Assembly (NCBI GenBank): GCA_963769425.1
Contig: CAVYLP010000006.1
Location: 960,915-1,024,914, forward strand
DNA length: 64,000 bases
From: Candidatus Bathyarchaeota archaeon
GTDB lineage: Archaea; Thermoproteota; Bathyarchaeia; TCS64
Direction of reading: 5' to 3'
Positions 40,214-48,372 of this stretch are shown in pieces (position 1 is the first letter of the stretch; the number at the start of each line of letters is the position of its first letter). Under the pieces are notes generated by a model. That model saw only the letters and a list, made by a program, of their open reading frames with translations, did no database searches and was not told where the DNA came from. A program made the position numbers and the translations under genes.

Positions 40214-41803
40214 TTGCACGGTGTTAATCGTTTGGTGAGTGCTGCTAATCCGCCTGTTTCGACGAGGTTTAACCAGATTAAGGGGAAGGAGGCCTGGCGT
40301 CAGAATATCCAGTTGGCACGTCTAGCTAATAGCAGAATCCGAAGCACACTGGGCCCGAAGGGTGCCTATAAGATGGTTACCTACAACAGGGGACCAGAGC
40401 AGGTTGTGAAGATAGCTAAGGACGTGGTCCCCGTTCTCGACGAGATCGGGTTCCAGAATCCGTTGGTTAAGTTCATAGCTGAAGCGTCGAAGATGCATCG
40501 TGAAGAGGACGGTGACGGGGTCGCTCAGTTCTCAATTCTCCTCACGTCATTGTTGATTAAGGCCGACGAGCTCCTTGAGATGGGGCTTCACCCAAACACG
40601 ATAGTGGAAGGCTTCGACAAGGCGACGAAGAGGCTCGTAGATTTGGTGAATGAGAAATCGGAGAAAGGGGGTGATGGGCTCTATGTTCCGATTCTTGAAT
40701 GCGTCGACTGTGGAAGGAACATCCTCACTCCAACTATCCGTTCCTCAATCACCGAAGCTTCAAAAACGGTGATCAGGGAGGGAAAGGTCGATGATTCTCG
40801 ACTAAAGTTCGTGAAGAAGGTGGGTGGAAACACTGATGAGACCCTTCTGATAAAGGGCATAGCAATAAAGGCGCCTGAACTCTACCACGGTGTACCCGAA
40901 TCGATTCAGAGTCCATGCATCGCTTTGATTAGCGGAAAAATTGGGCTCAATCGACTTACCGTGATGATGAAGGGTGAAGGGCCCTCAGAGGTGGAGCTGA
41001 AGATCAGGGACCCCCGGCACATTACTGGTTACCAATCCGCTGAGGATGAAATCAAGAAAGCCGCGGTCCGGAAAATCGTCGAAAACAAGGTCAACGTCGT
41101 CCTCTGTCAACAACCAGTCGATGACTCCGTTAAGAGTGAGCTAGTGAGAAATGGTATTTTCATTCTAGAGAGCGTAAATGAAAAGGATCTACATGATGTG
41201 GCAAAAGCCACGGGGGCCAAGATCGTTAGTGCTCCTCAGGAGTTAATTGAGTCCGAGTTGGGCACAGCGGGCGCACTCCGGGTCGAGAGGGTACCTCCTG
41301 ACGAGATCATTGTCTTTGAGGGATGTGACGCCGCCACATTCTTACTGAGGGGATCAACGACTCAGGCGTTGGACGAGGTCGAGTCCCTCATAAATAACTC
41401 TATGAAGGTGATTCAAAAAACCTCAAAGGATGGCCTCTTCGTGCCCGGGGGCGGCGCCATGGAGATGTACGCCGCAATTGACCTCAGGAAATACGCGCGT
41501 CAATTTGCAGGACGGGAACAGATCGTGATTGAGTATTTTGCTGATTCGATTGAGGAGATACCTAAGGTGCTCGCTGAAAACATGGGGCTCGACAGGGATG
41601 TCACGATGGCGCAGCTCAGCAAGCTCCACCTAGATAAATCAACATACGGCATCGGTGCGGGTGGTTGTACGGAGTTCGTGTGCAGCGAACCGGCTAGAGT
41701 CAAACTCGACATCTACCTGAGGGCCAATGATCTCGCGTCGATGATGCTGAAGATAAATGAGCTTTGGGTTTCAAAGGAGATCGTGAAGGTTCATAAACAG
41801 TAG
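40214..41803 (+). CDS. Divergent group II chaperonin (thermosome-like)
   Basis: RSTLGPKG, GDG, LLRG, VPGGGA.E, IPKVLAEN.GLD. Confidence 0.88.
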   Translation: MHGVNRLVSAANPPVSTRFNQIKGKEAWRQNIQLARLANSRIRSTLGPKGAYKMVTYNRGPEQVVKIAKDVVPVLDEIGFQNPLVKFIAEASKMHREEDGDGVAQFSILLTSLLIKADELLEMGLHPNTIVEGFDKATKRLVDLVNEKSEKGGDGLYVPILECVDCGRNILTPTIRSSITEASKTVIREGKVDDSRLKFVKKVGGNTDETLLIKGIAIKAPELYHGVPESIQSPCIALISGKIGLNRLTVMMKGEGPSEVELKIRDPRHITGYQSAEDEIKKAAVRKIVENKVNVVLCQQPVDDSVKSELVRNGIFILESVNEKDLHDVAKATGAKIVSAPQELIESELGTAGALRVERVPPDEIIVFEGCDAATFLLRGSTTQALDEVESLINNSMKVIQKTSKDGLFVPGGGAMEMYAAIDLRKYARQFAGREQIVIEYFADSIEEIPKVLAENMGLDRDVTMAQLSKLHLDKSTYGIGAGGCTEFVCSEPARVKLDIYLRANDLASMMLKINELWVSKEIVKVHKQ

Positions 41804-41863
41804 AATTTATTTTAATTTTATCAGGTTAGTTTTGCGAGCCCATTTTTCTTGTGATAATTGTGC

Positions 41864-42757
41864 CTAATGGATAGGCAAATAGAGCAGTCTATCGAATAGA
41901 AGCGCTAGAAGAATAATTGCGAGATATGGCATCGAAGCAAAGTATTGAATGCCACCGAGTTTCTCGGATGGCTCTTTTAAAAGCTGAATATTATGTCGAA
42001 GTAACCAAAACCCGGCAATTACGGCCATTATCGTATAAAGTAAGCCCGTTATTCCAAGCATTACGAATGAAAATGAGAAGGCCACCGTGGTTAAATTAAA
42101 TGCGAATACGAACCAAGATGTCTTTCGTAGCCCTGAGACCACTGGCAGCATTGGGATTTTAGCATTAGCGTAATCTCTGACTCTTCTCATGGCGAGGCTC
42201 CACAGATGACCAGGTGTCCAAAGGAAGTCTATGAGGCCTAACAGCATCGGCGTTATAGTAAGTGTGCTGCCGGTTGCCGTCCATCCTGCTAAAGCGGCTA
42301 AGCCTCCGGAGACCGCGCCTAAAGCAACGTTCCACTTTGATCGACGCTTTAACCAGATCGTGTAAACGAATAGATAGAAAAATGAGCCTAAGCTGACCAT
42401 GAGCAGGGTTTCTGACCCGAATATGAGGTAAGTTATGGCTAGTCCAATGCTCATCAAGGCTAGTCCGAATGTAAGCACCATTGTGGGCGTGAGGATTTTT
42501 CGAGGTATCACTCTGTGGGATGTTCTGTCCATCACGGCATCGATGTCCCTATCCAAGTAACAATTCAGTGCACCGCATCCTCCTACTACAAAGTATGCTG
42601 CGATGCAGAACACAAGCAGACTCAACCAGTTCGTCTGTGAGGGTGCCATAATGAAGGCGATGACCGAGACGAGGATGTTCAAGATGGTTACTTTGGGCTT
42701 AGTTACCTCGAGTAGGCCCTTCCAAGTGGGCGTGGTTCTATAGATTTCCTTCGACAT
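41864..42757 (-). CDS. ctaB: Protoheme IX farnesyltransferase (heme o synthase)
   Basis: LN..LDRDID..M.RT..R, YT.WLKRR, WTPGH, DY..A.IPMLP. Confidence 0.92.
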   Translation of the reverse strand: MSKEIYRTTPTWKGLLEVTKPKVTILNILVSVIAFIMAPSQTNWLSLLVFCIAAYFVVGGCGALNCYLDRDIDAVMDRTSHRVIPRKILTPTMVLTFGLALMSIGLAITYLIFGSETLLMVSLGSFFYLFVYTIWLKRRSKWNVALGAVSGGLAALAGWTATGSTLTITPMLLGLIDFLWTPGHLWSLAMRRVRDYANAKIPMLPVVSGLRKTSWFVFAFNLTTVAFSFSFVMLGITGLLYTIMAVIAGFWLLRHNIQLLKEPSEKLGGIQYFASMPYLAIILLALLFDRLLYLPIH

Positions 42758-42766
42758 TTCTTCACA

Positions 42767-43192
42767 TTATCCTGTTCCTATGACAATCTGCGCGCGCGCA
42801 TTAGCTGGGACATTGCATACCCCAACCGTTGAGTATCCGTTAGGATAGGTAAACCTGAAGTCCCATTGAAACGCCGTGACCTTTATCTCGTAGGAATTAG
42901 TGGCGATCGGCGGATTCTGGATGTATACTACTGCCCTGTATGAGACTATGGCTAATCCAAAGAGTACAAGGAATGATATTGAGGCGAAGATTATCGCTTC
43001 CCTCCAACGGGTAGTGTTTTCGTGAGATGGGTCAATCGGTCTCTCTGTCCACTCCCCTCCCCTAAATCTGTATTTTACAAGCATGTAGAGCATTGATCCC
43101 ATGACCACCGTCAAGGCGATCGCTCCAAGTACGAGAAATATCTCGAAGACCTTACCCCAGTCTATAGCTGACGGAGGGATCGGAGCGGACAT
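42767..43192 (-). pseudogene. coxB: Truncated cytochrome c oxidase subunit II (no CuA site)
   Basis: Two TM helices and IKVTAFQWDFRFTYP; ends before S.DV.H and CxExC. Confidence 0.78.
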
Positions 43193-43296
43193 TTTTACTA
43201 CCTCACGGTTCTCCGTTTTTATAAAAGGAAGAATCGTATTTATAGTTAGGAGAAATTTCTTAAATCTAAGTCAATTCTAGCTTATTTCTACGCCTT

Positions 43297-43432
43297 GCCA
43301 TGACCCTTATATCCTATCTACAAGGGCCTTGTGTGAACGCTACAATAAGTGATAGCCCCCTAGCGTTGTGAAGGTCATAGTGAGTGTTTGGTTCTGGTCA
43401 GGGATTTGCAAGTCCATGTTGTCATGGCTTTT
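43297..43432 (+). ncRNA. Candidate ~135-nt structured RNA or leader upstream of alr
   Basis: Closing helix GCCATGAC/GTCATGGC followed by TTTT; internal helices AACGCTA/TAGCGTT, GGCCTT/AAGGTC, GGATTT/AAGTCC. Confidence 0.35.
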
Positions 43433-43501
43433 CTGGGTAAATTGTGTTAATTCGCCAAACCTATTTAATAGGATTAGAGCCAGTTAATCCGTCGATGTCA
43501 C

Positions 43502-44698
43502 TTGGCTGAAGCCTATTTCGCTAGGCAGCTTTCCTCTGAAGAGATAGAGAAACGTATCCAGGGCTTTCCCTCTTGGCTCGAGATCGACCTCGACGCTATC
43601 ACATACAACCTTGAAGAAGTTAAGAAAAAGGTCCAAGTCGAAGTGATCCCCTGTGTTAAAACGAATGCCTACGGCCATGGGTTGGTACCAGTAGTTGCGC
43701 ATATGATGAGGATGGGCATCAAGCAGTACCTCGTAGCAAAGCTTTGGGAGGCCGAGCAGATCAGGGACTCTCACCTTGATTGTGGTGTGATCAGCATGGA
43801 TCCCCTCTTCTCAGATGAGCATTATGAATTGGTTGTCACAAAAGAAATCACGCAGACGATTTACCAGAAGAAAACGGCGGAGAGACTAGAATCCGCAGCC
43901 CAAAAAGTCGGGAAGAAGGCTAAGATCTGGGTTAAGATCGACACAGGACTCGGTAGAGTTGGTGTAAGGTGGAGCGAAGCCGTTGATCTCGTTCAGTATA
44001 TTTCGTCTCTTACGCACCTTGAGATAACCGGTATTTTCTCGACCATGTCGGAGGATGCGGAACTTGATCGGATTCAGGTTGATAGAATGAAGGATGTCAG
44101 CGCAGAGTTGGATCGATTGGGGATTAAGTATGGGGTCCGCAGCATGGCAAGTGGAAACGCGGTCTTCCACAGACCCTTCACGTTTTTGGACGCTGTTCGG
44201 CCGGGCTTAATGCTCTACGGGTTCTATCCCGACCCTGAGGATCGGGAGAGCGGTTTGGACCTAAAGTTGGCAATTTCCCTCAAAGCTCGAGTCGAACAGG
44301 TCAAGTGGGTTGAGTCCGGAGAGTCCCTCACCTATTCTAGGAGATTCACGGCTTCTAAGAGGATGAAGGTGGGGACAGTTCACATCGGGTACTCCGACGG
44401 CTACCCGAGGGGCTTGACGAAGAAAGGCCTAGTCATGGTGGATGGGAGGATCAAACATGTGCTAGGGACGGTCTCTGTCAATCACTTCCTAGTCGATCTT
44501 GATGGGACAGACGTCGACGTGGGTGGAGTAGTTGAGGCCATAGGGCGTGATGGTGTGAATAATGCGCATAACGTGGCTGAACTAGCCGGAATTATGACGT
44601 ATTCCCTCATGGTTGGGTTGCATCCACTGTTACCAAGGGTCTATTTCGAGAAGGGAAGACCGGTTGCCCTTAGTGAACCTAGGCTCGTTGAGCGATGA
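43502..44698 (+). CDS. alr: Alanine racemase
   Basis: VKTNAYGHG (PLP lysine), KIDTGLGRVG, VRPGLMLYG, GESLTY (catalytic Tyr), IGYSDGYPR. Confidence 0.92.
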   Translation: MAEAYFARQLSSEEIEKRIQGFPSWLEIDLDAITYNLEEVKKKVQVEVIPCVKTNAYGHGLVPVVAHMMRMGIKQYLVAKLWEAEQIRDSHLDCGVISMDPLFSDEHYELVVTKEITQTIYQKKTAERLESAAQKVGKKAKIWVKIDTGLGRVGVRWSEAVDLVQYISSLTHLEITGIFSTMSEDAELDRIQVDRMKDVSAELDRLGIKYGVRSMASGNAVFHRPFTFLDAVRPGLMLYGFYPDPEDRESGLDLKLAISLKARVEQVKWVESGESLTYSRRFTASKRMKVGTVHIGYSDGYPRGLTKKGLVMVDGRIKHVLGTVSVNHFLVDLDGTDVDVGGVVEAIGRDGVNNAHNVAELAGIMTYSLMVGLHPLLPRVYFEKGRPVALSEPRLVER

Positions 44699-44737
44699 TC
44701 AGGATTTAAATTTGTGCAGCGTGTATGGGTCAGAAGG

Positions 44738-44847
44738 GCCGGGGTAGCATAGCTTGGCTAATGCGCTGGACTCATGATCCAGAGGTTATAGGCACCAGTG
44801 CCTTAGCCGGATAGAGACCATGGGTTCAATTCCCATTCCCGGCACCA
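44738..44847 (+). tRNA. Elongator tRNA-Met(CAT) with 32-nt non-canonical intron (~44783-44814)
   Basis: GCCGGGG/TCCCGGC acceptor, CTGGA-CTCATGA-TCCAG anticodon arm, ATGGG-TTCAATT-CCCAT T-arm, encoded CCA. Confidence 0.88.
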
Positions 44848-45060
44848 ATTATAATCTTAATAATTATATGAAATCTTCATAATTGAAGTGAATTATAAGA
44901 GTCTAGACTTTTTAGCAGCGTCAAAGGTGTCAGGTAGATGGTTGCTTTGACGAATAGTTCCTGTTTTCTAAATGCTGGAATGGAGCCTAATCCATTGAAT
45001 TAATTACGTTTGGTTGACCTTCGATCCTTTAGTGGGATTGAACGCTTGCTAATTGGATAT

Positions 45061-46089
45061 TTATGATGGGTGAGCGAACGTTATTTCTCGAATTGCCTTC
45101 GGTTGAATCTCCGGGAAGGTGAAGCTCTCACATACGAATTTTTCGTAGTTGGTGCTGGTTAACAGGAAGGGATACACTTTGTTTCTGTTGTTGATGCCGA
45201 GGACGACTTTTCCGCTCTGTATCCTAGAGTCGCCTCCTGGGAAGGGTCTGAAGCTTATCGTTGTCTTTGAGGCTCTCTGTGTCATGTGTACTCCGTGTTG
45301 GAAAAAGCTGTAGAATAACTCGTCTGTTCTGTCTCCGATCTGTTTGTATGTTAGTATTCTCCTAATTGCGTCTTCTTTGGAGCAGGCGTGCCCAAGGAAT
45401 CGTTCGACGTTTTCGTGTTCATCTTTTGTGAGTTCGTAGGATTTTATTTCATCTTCGGGGATTGGTTTAACATCATAGTCTGATACGTTGAAGTGCTCCG
45501 ATTCGACGAGGAGCTCTACATGGTCCTCTATGTTCATCTCTCTTATTAGTTCCCTGAATCGGCTGCAGTAGCGCTCCGTTTCCTTAGTGTTGATGTCGTT
45601 TACGTAGACGGCGCACACGTTGTCAATTATGATGTTGAACTCAGCCCCGGGCGGATAGATTTTATTTACTCTATTGATGAATTTTCTCATCTGATATAGA
45701 ACTAGGAGTTCTCCTAGGCCTACCTCGAAGGAGAGGTGTCTTGGGTCGTCTTTTTCAAGGGCTGCGTGGTATCCGGGCCCGAGGTCAAGGTACATGGGTA
45801 GTGGTTTGTTTTTCTGTGTTGCGGATTGGAATGCGTCGATTATCTGCGATGTGTAGGGTACGACTTGGGTTCTCGTTAGGTAGCAGAAGTCGTGTGAGAT
45901 TAGTGTGTCGAAGAGTGTTTCTACGAGTTTATTTGAGGTGATTTGTGTGTTGGGTTGTTCTTTTGTCTTTACGTAGTCAATGATTTGGTTCAAGTATTGC
46001 TTTAATGAAGGTTCGCCTACTTTTTCCAACGTGTTATCAGACACAGATGTGATTTTTACCATTATAGGAGTTACGTATTTTCTAACCAA
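45061..46089 (-). CDS. Hypothetical protein, possibly a remote Dit1/PvcA (isocyanide synthase) fold
   Basis: GLGELLVL..M..F...V..IYPPGAEF.IIIDN resembles the PvcA core; lower GC than flanks. Confidence 0.5.
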   Translation of the reverse strand: MVRKYVTPIMVKITSVSDNTLEKVGEPSLKQYLNQIIDYVKTKEQPNTQITSNKLVETLFDTLISHDFCYLTRTQVVPYTSQIIDAFQSATQKNKPLPMYLDLGPGYHAALEKDDPRHLSFEVGLGELLVLYQMRKFINRVNKIYPPGAEFNIIIDNVCAVYVNDINTKETERYCSRFRELIREMNIEDHVELLVESEHFNVSDYDVKPIPEDEIKSYELTKDEHENVERFLGHACSKEDAIRRILTYKQIGDRTDELFYSFFQHGVHMTQRASKTTISFRPFPGGDSRIQSGKVVLGINNRNKVYPFLLTSTNYEKFVCESFTFPEIQPKAIREITFAHPS

Positions 46090-46190
46090 TATGTGCGTGC
46101 TCTCAACTGCACGCGAGGTTTTGGGGGCATTAGTTAATTAGTCGAATAGGGATGTGTGAAAAGGACAGCCGTTAAATGGCTATTACAATT

Positions 46191-46214
46191 GGTTCAATTT
46201 CCATTCCCACACCA
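46191..46214 (+). repeat. Degenerate copy of tRNA-Met 3' end (att-like)
   Basis: GGTTCAATTTCCATTCCCA-CACCA vs tRNA GGTTCAATTCCCATTCCCGGCACCA (44823-44847). Confidence 0.75.
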
Positions 46215-46379
46215 CCCGCCTCGCCTCGCTGTCGAGCAGTGGTTTCTCCATTAGACTTTTTTTTATAAATAGATAAGATGAAAAACTGTATCTTGATGAA
46301 TTGATTAACTATTTTTAATTTAAAATAGCTAATCGATTAGGTATATTAAGAAAGCTTCCCTTCGCTGAATCGATGGAAA

Positions 46380-46676
46380 ATGGCGTTAGATCCACTTGAA
46401 CTGGTTGTAATCGTCGGAGCCATCATGATATTCCTGATCTGGGGACCCAACAAGATCCCTGAATTAGCCAGGGCGCTCGGGCGCGCGAAGAATGAATATT
46501 CTAAGGCCGCGAGTGAGGTAGAGGTCTTCACGCAGGAGGCCATGAAGGAGGCTCCTAAGAGTGCTCCGGCACCCGATAAAATCGTTGAGGTGGCGCAGCA
46601 ACTCGGCATCGAAACCGTCGGGAAGACCCGGGATGAGATCGCCGACGCGATTGTTGCGAAGAAGGCCAACCTCTAG
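46380..46676 (+). CDS. tatA: Twin-arginine translocase TatA
   Basis: TM then WGPNKIPELARALGRAKNEY. Confidence 0.92.
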   Translation: MALDPLELVVIVGAIMIFLIWGPNKIPELARALGRAKNEYSKAASEVEVFTQEAMKEAPKSAPAPDKIVEVAQQLGIETVGKTRDEIADAIVAKKANL

Positions 46677-46722
46677 GGTCTTTCCTTTTTTTAATTACTC
46701 ACCAGTCCTGTAGGGATGCTAT

Positions 46723-47631
46723 GTGGCGGCGACTGAAGAACCTGGTATAGTGGCTAATTTTCTTGGGCATGTTCAGGAGTTGGCCGATAGATCTAAGGTT
46801 ATTATTATTGCACTTCTCGTAAGCACTATCTTTTTCATGCTTTTCCCCGCGAATCCCCTTGATTTAATTAATCCTTCAAGTTTTCTTACAGGATTTTACA
46901 GACCAATGATCTCGGTCATGCTGGAGACCGTCAAGAACTATGTTGCTCCAACTGAGCTACAGATTATCAGTCTGCAGATTGGTGATCCTCTCGAGGTTTA
47001 TGTCTTCGCCTCCATCCTGCTCGGGTTAGTTGTCAGCTCGCCGGTCATTGGTTATGAGCTGTTTCAATTCGTTAATCCAGCCCTGCTAGAGAACGAAAGG
47101 AAGGCAGTTTACCCCTTTGTGTTAGGATTTACACTCTTCTTCGCAGCCGGGGCAGCCTTCGGTTACCTATTTTTAGCTCCATTTATGTCGTTGACGGTGA
47201 TTATTTTCGCCCAGTTCGTAGGCGCGCAGCCAATCATCACGGCTCTTGATTTCTACTCGATGATCTTCACTACGGTGCTATTCACTGGATTTGGATTTAC
47301 TTTTCCTGTCTTTTTTGTGCTTCTGGTGAAATTTGGCGTAGTTGGTACCTCCATCATCACTCAGAACAGGAAGATCTTCTACATCGTCATCTATGCAATA
47401 ACTGCGGTGATAAGTCCAGACGGAGGTCCGCTCGCGGATCTTGCCCTATTCATACCCGTGATCATAATGATCGAGGGCGCGATTATAGTTGCTAAGAGGT
47501 ATGAGAAGAACAGGGTGACTCCAAACCTCATTGAATTCCCTCAAGCAGTCGAATCTAAGTGTAATTACTGTGGGGCTAAGTTTAAGGGGAATGAGGCGTT
47601 CTGCCGGAAGTGCGGGAAGTCAAGAATATAG
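46723..47631 (+). CDS. tatC: Twin-arginine translocase TatC with C-terminal zinc ribbon
   Basis: HVQEL..R, FVNPALLENE, AVISPDG; tail CNYC...CRKCG. Confidence 0.9.
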   Translation: MAATEEPGIVANFLGHVQELADRSKVIIIALLVSTIFFMLFPANPLDLINPSSFLTGFYRPMISVMLETVKNYVAPTELQIISLQIGDPLEVYVFASILLGLVVSSPVIGYELFQFVNPALLENERKAVYPFVLGFTLFFAAGAAFGYLFLAPFMSLTVIIFAQFVGAQPIITALDFYSMIFTTVLFTGFGFTFPVFFVLLVKFGVVGTSIITQNRKIFYIVIYAITAVISPDGGPLADLALFIPVIIMIEGAIIVAKRYEKNRVTPNLIEFPQAVESKCNYCGAKFKGNEAFCRKCGKSRI

Positions 47632-47759
47632 ATCTTGATTATTTGAAATATCATGACTTATGAGTTCAGCTTACCTTGAGTTCGCTGAACGCTTCATCTT
47701 TTTCAGTATCATCGAGTTCCACATTCATTTTATTATGGTTTCATGATGTTGCAAACGTT

Positions 47760-48360
47760 TTCTCTTATATCTAGTAGGGGGGTATCGTCATGCTCCTGTA
47801 GCAGGGAATCATGATACCCCGTAGCGGGAGTTCGCGGGTACCCTGTAGGGGGTATAACGGTTTCACCACATCCATACCCACGGGTGTGGGATAACTCTCA
47901 CTTGTGTAGCCGTGACTGATCCTTGGTTGAGCATTATTCTGTCGCTCGACGGATACCTGTGGCTAGAAATCCGATTTCCTAGTGGCAGTATCGAGTAGGT
48001 CGAGATGCGCACAGTATCCTACCACCCTACTAGGAATCCGATTCCTAGTAGGGTGGTATGGCTCATCAGCTGGCTGGGTGTGGATGCCTCGCTAGTAGGA
48101 ATCACGTTTTTTTCCACGTTTTGGTTCCTAGTAGCTGGTGCGGAGTAACTCCAAATTGTGGCTTGTAGGTAAAGATCCGTTTTTAGCGATGTGATTCGTT
48201 AATCGCTGGTCCGGTTCTATGTGGGTGGTATCTGATTTCTAGTGGTGTGATGATCATGTGGGGTGTATGGATGCTTGGTAGAATGGTCTAGGGTTTCCAA
48301 ACAAGTAAAACCTATGATGTAAGACAAGTCTAAAATAGTATCTAGACGAGGAATCCTAAA
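47760..48360 (+). ncRNA. Candidate large structured non-coding RNA (~600 nt, boundaries approximate)
   Basis: No ORF; at least 10 helices including a perfect 18-bp stem (48020-48058) and a long-range helix 47862-47881/48258-48283; wobble pairs are G-U on the + strand. Confidence 0.6.
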
Positions 48361-48372
48361 ACTCATCTTTTC

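Noticed and set aside
48140-48310. Cdc6/ORB replication origin
   Set aside because: No clear TCCA-N3-GAAA ORB repeats and no cdc6 nearby.
47760-48360. CRISPR array
   Set aside because: Repeats are degenerate, irregularly spaced and partly inverted; no cas genes in the window.
47760-48360. RNase P RNA, SRP RNA or group II intron
   Set aside because: I could not find GAGGAAAGUCC-type P4 motifs, the SRP helix 8 motif, or a GUGYG start with domain V; a covariance search is still needed.
47760-48360. Tat-exported repeat peptide or TAG-readthrough ORF
   Set aside because: Frequent stops, no twin-arginine signal, and the TAGs fall within palindromic stems.
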